From positions 128,001-192,000 of the forward strand of contig CAZVZU010000001.1 in the NCBI GenBank assembly GCA_964631685.1: a stretch of DNA of 64,000 nucleotides, written 5' to 3'. How positions within the stretch are numbered: position 1 is the first letter of the stretch; each line of letters opens with the position of its first letter. A model generated the notes under the pieces. That model saw only the letters and a list, made by a program, of their open reading frames with translations, searched no databases and had not been told where the DNA came from. Both the position numbers and the translations under genes were made by a program. This DNA is from an uncultured Actinomycetes bacterium. GTDB lineage: Bacteria; SZUA-79; Acidulodesulfobacterales; Acidulodesulfobacteraceae. Below are positions 1 through 9,800 of the stretch, piece after piece.

Positions 1-144
1 GTACCCGTGATTGCGGTTACGGCTCATGCTATGGCAGGCAATAGAGAGCATTTACTATCGTTGGGCTTTGACGATTTTGTTGAAAAGCCCATAAATAAAA
101 ATATGTTGTATGAAAAAATAAGGAAGCATATAGGATTTGAATAA
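1..144 (+). CDS. C-terminal end of a receiver (CheY-like) domain protein, partial at window edge
   Basis: Frame 1 reads VPVIAVTAHAMAGNREHLLSLGFDDFVEKPINKNMLYEKIRKHIGFE*, with receiver TA and KP motifs. Confidence 0.85.
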   Translation, partial: VPVIAVTAHAMAGNREHLLSLGFDDFVEKPINKNMLYEKIRKHIGFE

Positions 145-574
145 CGACTTTAAATTTTACACCGAATTAAGGGTTCGGTACGAAGAAACGGATGCGATGT
201 CCGTTGTATACTACGGAAAATATTTTGTTTTCTTTGAGGTGGCAAGAACAGAATATCTTAAAAATATAGGCTATAATTACGTGGATGTGGAAAAGGACGG
301 GTTTTATTTTGTCGTTGCCGAGTCAAACTGCAAATATTTTAATCCCGCAAGGTATGACGATAATTTAATGATTTTCACGAAAATAGAATACATTAAAAAT
401 TCCAGCTTTAATTTTATATATAATATCGTTAAAAAAAGTAAGATGCTCAATGGAATTGATATGAATATTGCAAATGGCAGTACCGTTTTGGTTAGCGTGG
501 ACAGTGTTAATTTTAAACCGCGCAGGATCCCCGATTATCTCAGAACTGCCATAAGTAACTTTGAGGGTTTTTAA
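137..574 (+). CDS. Acyl-CoA thioesterase, YbgC/4HBT hotdog family
   Basis: RVRYEETDAMSVVYYGKYFVFFEVARTE motif. Confidence 0.9.
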   Translation: MNNDFKFYTELRVRYEETDAMSVVYYGKYFVFFEVARTEYLKNIGYNYVDVEKDGFYFVVAESNCKYFNPARYDDNLMIFTKIEYIKNSSFNFIYNIVKKSKMLNGIDMNIANGSTVLVSVDSVNFKPRRIPDYLRTAISNFEGF

Positions 575-621
575 TAAATCTCAGTAAAACATTAGATCAA
601 CACGGTCCAATATAATTCCAC

Positions 622-1380
622 ATGAAGGATTACTATTCAATTTTAGGAATTCAGCAAAACGCAAGCGAGGTGTCAATTAAAAGCCAATATAAAAAGCTTG
701 CCGCCATATATCATCCTGATAAGAATCCGAATAATACAGATAAATTTATAGATTTGAACGAAGCGTACGGTGCGCTAATGAATAGAATATCTAGAGGGTT
801 ATACGATAGAGATCTTAAGGAATACAATGAGTTAAAAAAATCCCGACATGGTGGTACGATCGCTCCTTATAGGGCAAGGTTAAGGGATGGCGGAAATGTT
901 AATATAGAAATAGATTTTACAGATGACGTTGCGAATCGCCGGGCAAAAAATGGCGAAACTATAATAAAAACCGTGGTATTACAAAAATATATAAAATGTT
1001 CCGACTGTGACGGGAACGGGAGAGAGAAGGGTACTCTCGTTACGACATGCTCTCAATGCAACGGTGCTGGTGTGGTTAAGAACAGAGATACAAGGGTTGA
1101 CGAGATGTGTCTGGGCTGTAATGGATATGGGGATGTATTCTTGTACAAATGCGAAGCGTGTGACGGTATGGGCAGAATAAAGGCATCAGAAAAAATTACG
1201 CTAAACTTTAATATAGATGAATTGCTTGATCAGAATAAGGATAATAACAAAATTATAGTATTTAAAGGTCAAGGGAATGAAGGTGTCTTTGGGGGACAAA
1301 ACGGCGATCTTACGGTTTTGGTCAAAATAAATGACAGGACTAATGGATTTTCCCTTAGAGATTTTTTTTTGAAAAAATAA
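622..1380 (+). CDS. Short DnaJ-like protein (J domain plus four CxxCxGxG zinc-finger repeats)
   Basis: DYYSILG...HPD motif; CSDCDGNG, CSQCNGAG, CLGCNGYG, CEACDGMG. Confidence 0.85.
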   Translation: MKDYYSILGIQQNASEVSIKSQYKKLAAIYHPDKNPNNTDKFIDLNEAYGALMNRISRGLYDRDLKEYNELKKSRHGGTIAPYRARLRDGGNVNIEIDFTDDVANRRAKNGETIIKTVVLQKYIKCSDCDGNGREKGTLVTTCSQCNGAGVVKNRDTRVDEMCLGCNGYGDVFLYKCEACDGMGRIKASEKITLNFNIDELLDQNKDNNKIIVFKGQGNEGVFGGQNGDLTVLVKINDRTNGFSLRDFFLKK

Positions 1381-1459
1381 AGTTGTTGTAAGTCTTTTTG
1401 CGCATGTCGCAATTCCTGTATATATTTTGTTGTCAGGGAGTAGGCCTGTAAAAATGTTG

Positions 1460-1488
1460 TTGACATATACAGAGAAATATACTTTAAT
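1460..1488 (+). promoter_or_regulatory. Putative sigma70 promoter for tRNA-Gly
   Basis: TTGACA-17 nt-TTTAAT. Confidence 0.5.
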
Positions 1489-1511
1489 ATCTACTAACGA
1501 TTGGTTTTTTT

Positions 1512-1586
1512 GCGGGAATAGCTCAGTGGTAGAGCATCACCTTGCCAAGGTGGGGGTCGCGGGTTCAAGTCCCGTTTCCCGCTCCA
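1512..1586 (+). tRNA. tRNA-Gly (GCC)
   Basis: GCGGGAA...TTCCCGC acceptor stem, anticodon loop TTGCCAA, GGTTCAAGTCC T-arm, encoded CCA. Confidence 0.97.
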
Positions 1587-1656
1587 TTCATAGACCAGTG
1601 TTTCTTTGTGGCGTTGCAATCTGCGTGCGCGCTGTTTGTTAATTTTTCCTGTTTTT

Positions 1657-3522
1657 TCACATCTCAATCCTTATTAAGACTCCGTGTACTTTTTCCGGGG
1701 GAATTTTATAAAAACGGACAAAAGATGGTGACAACTTTTTAATCAGCGAGAAAATTAACCAGAAGATATTTTTGCTGACAATTTCTTCAAAACCATAAAA
1801 AATTACGGTTGCATCAATATTGTATTGCTTTAATTTTGCTTCTATATCAACTGTTTCAGCATAACCCGCACTTATAATCAGCTGATTTAACCCAGGTGCT
1901 ATATCTTTTTTAAATACACCATGGATACCGTACGGTTTTTCAGTCCTTTCTATAGACATAAATATATTCTTTTTATATACGATATTATTTTGAAACATAG
2001 TTTTAACTATATAGGGTGACACTTTATCGTATAGGCTCGAAAAAAAGAGGGATGTCCCTTCTAATCTTACAAAATTATTATAATGTTCTTCATATTTTTT
2101 TAAAAATATGTCTAAGTCTATCATTTTATATAAACTATGCAATTTAGCTTGTCCTCTGGTATATAACATAATTATCATAAATGGGAACATTGCTATGATT
2201 AGTGCAAAATACCCGCCGTTTACAGTTTTATATAGCAGATTAGAGGTTAAAAATAGAATATCTGCGAGTGTAGTCATAAGGGATATTGCGAACATGACAT
2301 ATCTTTTTCTATGATAAAAATACATATTTATCATGATTCCGGTGAAGGTCATGGTTCCGCTTACGGCAAGGCCATATGCCATGGCAAGATTGCCGGATGT
2401 TTTAAATATCAGTATTGCCAATAAAACACTTATAAACAAAAACCAATTTGCAACGCTAATGTATATCTGTGATTGTAATTTTTCAGATTTATAATTTATT
2501 TTAAGTAGTGGTATAATTCTATTATTTATAAGTTGATAAACAATAGAAAATATACCACTTATAACTGCTTGAGATGCTATCACTGTTGCAATAATGCTTA
2601 AAATTAAGACAGGTATGTACAGTAGGTGAGATTGCGAGTATAACATCTGAAAAAATGTATTCGTATCATTCTTGTGCATCAATAAAAATGCGCCTTGACC
2701 GATATAATTGAGGACAAGCATGACAAAAACAAAATACCACGCTTTTTTAATAGGTTCTCTACCAATATGTCCCATGTCGGCATATAAAGCTTCGCCCCCC
2801 GTTGCAGACAAAACAACATCCGACAGGACAAATAGACTAATTATACCGTGCGCTATGAGGTGATTTGCCGAAATATTACCATTAAACACAAAACTCACGG
2901 CATAATAGGGATTTAGAACTTTCAGTAAAATAGACGGCATATAAACTATGGACGCTAACCCTGAAATACCTAGTATGAGAAACCATAAGAACATAATGGG
3001 ACTGAATAATTTACCAATTTTTTCTGTTCCCTTGTGCTGATACCAAAATAAAACTATAGCAATGATTATGGATACAAAAACAATGGTGTCAGTAGAAATA
3101 TTTGTGAAAAACGGTATTAAATTTATTCCCTCAACAGCGCTCAAAATGCTTATGGCTGGCGTAATGACACTGTCGCCTATCAAAAGTGACAAGGCAATGT
3201 ATGATATTATGGTTATAAAGGCTACTTCTTTTGCAGATTTTGCATATTTTTCAAGAATATTTTTAAGAATTACAGTTCCGCCTTCATTTCTTTCGCTTAT
3301 ACCCATAGCAAACCAGATATATTGTACTGAAACTATGAGAATTATAGTCCATATTATAAGAGATATAACACTTAATACATTTGTATTAGTAACCTTTAGA
3401 TATGTGAATATTACGGCAATAGTATATATAGGGCTTGTTCCTATATCTCCAAACACAACACCCAAAGCATTTAAGGGTTTATTTTTGTCGAGAATCATTT
3501 TAATCTTATCTAATCTGCCCAT
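1657..3522 (-). CDS. kup: KUP/HAK/KT potassium transporter
   Basis: ALGVVFGDIGTSPIY, GEALYADMGH, IASQAVISG motifs; many TM segments. Confidence 0.95.
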   Translation of the reverse strand: MGRLDKIKMILDKNKPLNALGVVFGDIGTSPIYTIAVIFTYLKVTNTNVLSVISLIIWTIILIVSVQYIWFAMGISERNEGGTVILKNILEKYAKSAKEVAFITIISYIALSLLIGDSVITPAISILSAVEGINLIPFFTNISTDTIVFVSIIIAIVLFWYQHKGTEKIGKLFSPIMFLWFLILGISGLASIVYMPSILLKVLNPYYAVSFVFNGNISANHLIAHGIISLFVLSDVVLSATGGEALYADMGHIGREPIKKAWYFVFVMLVLNYIGQGAFLLMHKNDTNTFFQMLYSQSHLLYIPVLILSIIATVIASQAVISGIFSIVYQLINNRIIPLLKINYKSEKLQSQIYISVANWFLFISVLLAILIFKTSGNLAMAYGLAVSGTMTFTGIMINMYFYHRKRYVMFAISLMTTLADILFLTSNLLYKTVNGGYFALIIAMFPFMIIMLYTRGQAKLHSLYKMIDLDIFLKKYEEHYNNFVRLEGTSLFFSSLYDKVSPYIVKTMFQNNIVYKKNIFMSIERTEKPYGIHGVFKKDIAPGLNQLIISAGYAETVDIEAKLKQYNIDATVIFYGFEEIVSKNIFWLIFSLIKKLSPSFVRFYKIPPEKVHGVLIRIEM

Positions 3523-3743
3523 TATGTTCTGTCCATCCTTTTGCGGCGCCGGTATTTAATTTATAGCCGTCGCTCTTTTATTTTTTTGACATTCATTATA
3601 GCATTAAAATCATAAGCAAACTAATAAACTTGTATATTATCTTGTCAAAAATGATTTAAGGATCTTAGCGATTTATGGTAAAATGTGCAAGATAATAATT
3701 AATCGTTGTAACATTATATATCTAACTTAAAGAGATAAAGCCG

Positions 3744-5840
3744 ATGAATATTGCTTATTCCGTTTGTCCCCACGATTGCCCGGATGCTTGTGCGTTAAAG
3801 GTTGAAATAGACGATGGAAAAATAACAAAGGTTGCGGGAGATATATCCCATCCCATAACCAGGGGGGTCATTTGCGAAAAGGTTCGCGCCTATCCCGAGC
3901 GTATATACAATCCGGCACGAATACTTTACCCTATGCGTAGAGTTGGAAAAAAAGGTACCGGAAAGTTTGAAAGAATTAGCTGGAATGTTGCTGTGGGGGA
4001 AATAGTAAGTCGCTGGAAAGAACTTATTGATGCATGCGGACCTGAAAGTATCTTACCTTATTCTTACGGTGGTACAGAGGGTGTTGTAAATAACGCAGGT
4101 ATGGATAGACGTCTTTTTAATAAATTAGGGGCAACAAGACTTAAACGCAATATTTGCTCTGTAGCGGGTAGCTCAGGTTATAAGCTGGCTTATGGCGCAT
4201 CTATCAGCATAAATCCTATAAATACGATCAATTCTAAGTTCTTTATATTTTGGGGAATAAATGCATTAGAAACAAATATACATCAGGCCATTTTTGCCGA
4301 TCGCGCCCGCAAGAACGGCGCTAAAATTATAGCAATAGATGTTCATAGAAATAAGACCGCAAAATGGGCAGACGATTTTTATCTAATCCTGCCGGGTTCC
4401 GATGGAGCATTAGCACTAGGTCTTGCCCATATTATACTGAGAGACGACTTAGCCGATAAAGTTTTTTTAAAACAATATGCGTACGGTTTTGACGAATACC
4501 GTTTAAAGGTGAAGGAATATCCACCCGAGCGCGTCGCCAAATTAACGGGTCTTACGCCGCAACGAATCGAACATTTAGCGCATTCTTATGCGGGGATAAG
4601 ACCTAATTTTATTCGCATAGGCAATGGTCTTCAGCATCATGATAATGGGGGTATTAATACGTGGGCAATTGCTTTATTGCCTGCGTTAGTCGGTGCGTGG
4701 AGGGATAAGGGCGGTGGTGCATTAAAATCTAATTCCGAATATTTTCCTATAAATGATGATGCATTACAAAGGCCGGATTTAACCGAAAATGTTCCTAGGA
4801 TCGTAAATATGATTCAACTGGGTAAAGCTTTATGTGAGCTTGATGATCCACCTGTGCGCTCACTTTATGTTTATAACAGTAATCCTGCAGTTGTAGCTCC
4901 GAATCAAAATTTAGTTCTAAACGGATTAGCGAGGGATGATCTTTTCACGGTTGTGCATGAACAAGTAATGACCGACACTGCAAAATTTGCAGATATAGTT
5001 TTGCCCGCCACTACAAGTTTCGAGCATTCTGATCTTTATATAAGCTATTGGCATACCGTCATTCAATGGGCTGGTCCTATAATTCCTAGAATTGGTGAAG
5101 CTATGCCTAATATAGATGTATTCAAACTAATAGCGAAGGCTTTTGGGCTTACTGACCCTTGTTTTCTTGACTCTGAAGAAGATATGGCAAGGCAGGCATT
5201 AGACCTTCCGTATTGGCATGACCAAGGAATAACGTTCGAGCGTATTAGAAAAGAGCGGTTTATCATGTTGAATATTTCCGACTATCCGTTTGCGAACGGA
5301 GGTTTTTTCACTTCTTCAGGCAAGGTTGAATTTAAAAATAAAGAAGTCGTTAAGCTGGGATTATGTGAAACGCCGGATTATAGGCCTATTAACAATATTA
5401 AAGGGGATGAATTATTTTATAATGAAAATAAAAAAAACAAAAAATATGATGCTCATAATTTGTTGTCCAAAGCTGATTTTCCGTTAACGTTTATCACGCC
5501 GCCCAATCATTTTTTTCTAAATTCTACTTTTGTTAATATTGCTTCTCTCAAAGCTAAGGCGCAAGAACCATTTTTAGAAATTAACCCTAGAGATGCAGAG
5601 GACAGACGGATACATAGTAATGACATTGTCAGCGTTGAAAACAGTCGCGGATGTCTTTTGCTAAAGGCAATGGTAATTGATTCTGTTTTGCCGGGCGTTG
5701 TTGTTGCAGCAGGTTTATGGTGGAGAGATAATTATAAAAACGGCAGTGGAGTTAATATTTTAACGCCGGATAATTTGTCCGATATAGGAGAAGGGGCAAC
5801 CTTTTTTTCAACATTGGTTGAGGTTAAAAAGTATGTATAA
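3744..5840 (+). CDS. Molybdopterin-dependent oxidoreductase (DMSO reductase superfamily), cytoplasmic
   Basis: N-terminal CPHDCPDAC...ICEK Fe-S motif, TDTAKFADIVLPA, C-terminal INPRDA domain; no Tat signal. Confidence 0.92.
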   Translation: MNIAYSVCPHDCPDACALKVEIDDGKITKVAGDISHPITRGVICEKVRAYPERIYNPARILYPMRRVGKKGTGKFERISWNVAVGEIVSRWKELIDACGPESILPYSYGGTEGVVNNAGMDRRLFNKLGATRLKRNICSVAGSSGYKLAYGASISINPINTINSKFFIFWGINALETNIHQAIFADRARKNGAKIIAIDVHRNKTAKWADDFYLILPGSDGALALGLAHIILRDDLADKVFLKQYAYGFDEYRLKVKEYPPERVAKLTGLTPQRIEHLAHSYAGIRPNFIRIGNGLQHHDNGGINTWAIALLPALVGAWRDKGGGALKSNSEYFPINDDALQRPDLTENVPRIVNMIQLGKALCELDDPPVRSLYVYNSNPAVVAPNQNLVLNGLARDDLFTVVHEQVMTDTAKFADIVLPATTSFEHSDLYISYWHTVIQWAGPIIPRIGEAMPNIDVFKLIAKAFGLTDPCFLDSEEDMARQALDLPYWHDQGITFERIRKERFIMLNISDYPFANGGFFTSSGKVEFKNKEVVKLGLCETPDYRPINNIKGDELFYNENKKNKKYDAHNLLSKADFPLTFITPPNHFFLNSTFVNIASLKAKAQEPFLEINPRDAEDRRIHSNDIVSVENSRGCLLLKAMVIDSVLPGVVVAAGLWWRDNYKNGSGVNILTPDNLSDIGEGATFFSTLVEVKKYV

Positions 5841-5860
5841 GTTTAACTTGCAAACTTGCC

Positions 5861-5889
5861 TTGACTTAGTATTGCTAAGAGAGTACAAT
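5861..5889 (+). promoter_or_regulatory. Putative sigma70 promoter upstream of phoB-like gene
   Basis: TTGACT-17 nt-TACAAT. Confidence 0.55.
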
Positions 5890-6027
5890 TTGTGTAGATC
5901 GCGTTATAAATATATTTATAAATATATTATTGTATTTTGATTTGTAATGTTTTAATAAAGTAGATAATTATTTTCATGGTGGGCTCTTGTCTGGGTTTCC
6001 ATCTTGTAATAAACTCGGGGACTAATA

Positions 6028-6753
6028 TTGATTCCGGAAGTCAGAGCAAATATTTTAGTCGTGGATGATGAATCCGATTTGATAGAACTTTTAAAATATA
6101 ATCTTGCCAAAGAGGGCTATAATTTAGAATTTGCTTTTAACGGCTTTGACGGTCTTAAAATTGCGGAAGTGGTTAAGCCTGACCTTATTATTCTTGACCT
6201 TATGCTCCCCGATATAAACGGTTATGAAGTTTGTAAAAGGATTAAGCAAAATAAGAGGCTGTCATTGGTGCCCATCGTGTTTTTATCTGCTAAACAGGAA
6301 GAAGTTGATAAGATTCTTGGTTTTGAAGCAGGTGCGGAAGACTATATGATTAAACCCTTTTCAGTCAATGAACTTTTGGCGCGTATAAGGGTAATTCTTA
6401 AAAGGTCGTTCTTACAAAGATCTAATAGCTCACAAGCCCCCGTTACTCAAGAATTTAAGTTCAAAAACATTAGTGTTAATCTTGCAAAACATAGCGTAGT
6501 GGTGAGAAATAAAGAAATTAAGCTTAGCCCTATTGAGTTTAAAATTCTTATTTTTTTAATGACTTATGCAGGGGATGTGTTTTCTAGAGAAAAACTGCTT
6601 GATAATGTATGGGGACGTGATTCCTTTGTTGAACCTAGAACGGTCGATGTTCACATAAGAAGATTGAGGTCTAGTATCGAGGTGGATGAGTCGATCAAGC
6701 TTATAGAAACTGTAAGGGGTGCAGGCTATAAATTTGCGGATGAAGAAGATTGA
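6028..6753 (+). CDS. phoB: OmpR/PhoB-family response regulator (PhoB-like)
   Basis: ILVVDDE, DLMLP, KPFS receiver motifs; RTVDVHIRRLR and VRGAGY winged helix. Confidence 0.75.
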   Translation: MIPEVRANILVVDDESDLIELLKYNLAKEGYNLEFAFNGFDGLKIAEVVKPDLIILDLMLPDINGYEVCKRIKQNKRLSLVPIVFLSAKQEEVDKILGFEAGAEDYMIKPFSVNELLARIRVILKRSFLQRSNSSQAPVTQEFKFKNISVNLAKHSVVVRNKEIKLSPIEFKILIFLMTYAGDVFSREKLLDNVWGRDSFVEPRTVDVHIRRLRSSIEVDESIKLIETVRGAGYKFADEED

Positions 6754-6817
6754 TTTACACCGTTAATAATTCAAACTTTTAATGTGCTTAAAAATATATC
6801 CGTTTTAATTAATTCAT

Positions 6818-9800
6818 ATGAAATTGAAATCTCTGTATCTGCCGCTTAAAAAGAGATTTAATCTTGTTCTATTTATTTTTTTCCTATCCATTGTCCTATC
6901 TTCTGTAACGATAACGCTCTTTGTTATATCTCCCTATTTTGCTTCCAGGGTTAAAAGCTATATCTCTATTCGCCTAACAAAAACCTTGCGGAAAAAGGTT
7001 GAAATTAAAACACTAAAGATATCCATTTTTGCACCTCAAATAGTTATGAGAGGGGTAACTATTAAGGGTGTTGCATATGCTGACAAGGTTAATCTTTTTT
7101 TCGGTCCTCTGAATTTATTCAAGAGGCAGGTAACCGTTGATAAAATAGCCATAATACGTTCTAAGTTTAATATCCTGATCAAAAATAATAAAATAGATAA
7201 TTATGAAACGGTTAATCCGGTAATAAAGTCTTTAATTGATATGTCGGATTTTTCTTTTATATCCTTTTATGTTCAAGATATTGTCTTTCATGATGCGACG
7301 CTTAGTCTAGATGATGCGGATAGGCATATTTCGTTGAACGTGGCAAAGTTTAACCTGAATATTTTCAGAAAATCCGCTTTTAATCATCTGTTTTACGGTA
7401 ACGGAGTTTATTTTAATTTCAAAATACCCCGAATATATCTATATACGCCGCATATTTCACAGATTTATAGTTCATTTGTCTATCAAGCTCATTATTTTAA
7501 CGGTTTTATAAAATTCAATGATGCACAATTTAATGGTAATTCCTTTACATCTACATCGAGCGGAGTTTTGTATTTGCAAAAAAATATACATAAGTTTTTA
7601 TCATCTTTCGCCGACCCCTTAAAACGAGCCAGCAGAACTAAAAAGGTTGTAATCGGTGATAAAGGCAAATTAGCACTATTGTTTAAGAAAATATCAGCGA
7701 TTATAAGTAAGATTAATGAGACAACAGTTGTAAACTTTAATAGACTATCCAATGTAACAAAAAATTTAAAAATAATTCCTATAAGAATAAAAGGAAAACT
7801 TAATGCTAGGTTACATTTTACTGGAGACTTTTCAAAGAAGATTAGGGCTTCAGCGTTAATTCATTTGAAAAATATTGTTTTTAATGGAGGAGATATAAAA
7901 AATGGCCTCGTAAAATGTTATGGGGACTTGGGAAATACAAGCAATAATGTGCTTAATTTTACAAAGATTGATCTTGAAATATTTAACGGGGTATTAAAAT
8001 CTAGCGGACGTATCAATTTTAGTGAAAATAACGGTAAATTTAAATCAATACTAAAAAATATAGACGCCGGCAAATTGATAGATTTTTATTATTCCGAAAA
8101 TATTCCTCAATTTAGGTCTATAGCAAGCGGTAAAGTTACTACCTATTTGAAACTTGGAAGAAATTTTTATGTTACAAATATAGAGAAACTTATTCTGAAA
8201 AAACCCGAACAGCAGTTTGAGTTTAAAAATAAAAACAGTAAAACAATTATCTATTCCATAAATTACGGAAAGCCTGCTTTGGTCAAAGGGTCCGTGATTA
8301 TTGACAGCAAGCGCGTTATCCTGCAGGATATACATGTTTCTTCGACCCAATTAAACGGGGTTTTAAACGGACATATCGACTACAATAAGAATTATTTAAA
8401 TATAAAGTTTGATGCTACTTACAATAAATTACCGACGATTAATTTTGTAGAAGCGGCTGAGAGTCGTTATTTTAAACCGGCGGGAAGTGGTGTTATGGAT
8501 GGTATTATAGCCGGTAAATTTGATAGTGTTTCTTTTTATTTTAAAAATAGATTTAAATCTCTATTTATAAATAAATATATGGACGATTACAAAGGGGTCA
8601 CGAATGTTTATGTGACACCATCTGGAGATGTAGTTTTTAAAAAGATTGATTTAGAAGAAAAGTCACATAAATTTAAAAAAGGGACCATAAATTTTAACGG
8701 ACGTATTTATGAAAGCAAAATTTTAAAAACAAGCTATATCAGCGGAATATTTAAAACAAAAAATATTCATATATTTTCAAAAAAAGAGCCATTGCCCTTA
8801 TCTCTTTATTTAAGCTCAAAGAGCAATATAAATGGTAGGCTAGCTAAATTTGCTATTAATATTCAGGCGCATATAAAAAAGGTTTATGCTTATGGGCAGA
8901 GTGCGTCCAATGTCAATTTACACGCAATGTTGACAAAAAATAATTTAGAAATAAAAAGACTCGTTGGTACGCATGACGGTGCTAGATTTAGTATTCACGG
9001 CATGCTCAGATTTAAATCGTCGCATGATCATCATTTTAATTACAATTTGCAATTATTGTCAAATGGGAATAGGTTGTCAAATTTTAACTTAAAGTTGTTC
9101 AATAAATACCATATTAAGGGAATAGCATATGCCAACCTGCATATCGGAGGATTATTTGCTTTGCCCAACATATCAGGAAAAGTGGTTGTTAAAAAGATAT
9201 ATATCAACAGCTACTCCCTTGGTGATATCAATATAGGGATTTCCTCCTCTAAAAGCAGGATGATATTACATTTGTCCGCATTAAAAAATAGCGTTAAAAC
9301 TAAAGTAGATGTTTTATTAAAAAAAGGGTATCCTTACCGCTTTACTACGGGCATAAATTTGGTCAATATTAACTATCGCAAGACGATACTCAGTCTATCC
9401 GGTGGTATCTATGGAGCCGGTAAGATGTCTGATATAAAAAATTCCGACTTATTTGCAAAATTTGGTCGTTTATATCTAAAGCATAGTCATTTTTTCTTGA
9501 AAAATACTAAAAATATAATGATTTCCTATGCAAATAGGGTGCTCAATATAAACGGATTTAAATTAAAGGGCGGGAATAATTATATTCAAATTGGAGGCAC
9601 CGTTACATCAAGAAAATATAATCTAGTAATAAATGATAAGACCGACTTGTGGGTTTTGGGATTAATATCAAATAAAATAATAAATGCATCCGGTTTTCTA
9701 AATGGTTCTGCCGTTATCTTTGGACATAGATCACATCCTAAGGTTTACGGGTTCGTTGAAGTAAAGAAAGGGTCGGCAGAAATGTCCGTGAATCCTAATT

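Noticed and set aside
1427..1742. ORFs 1427..1642 and 1542..1742
   Set aside because: They overlap tRNA-Gly and the kup 3' end; spurious translations
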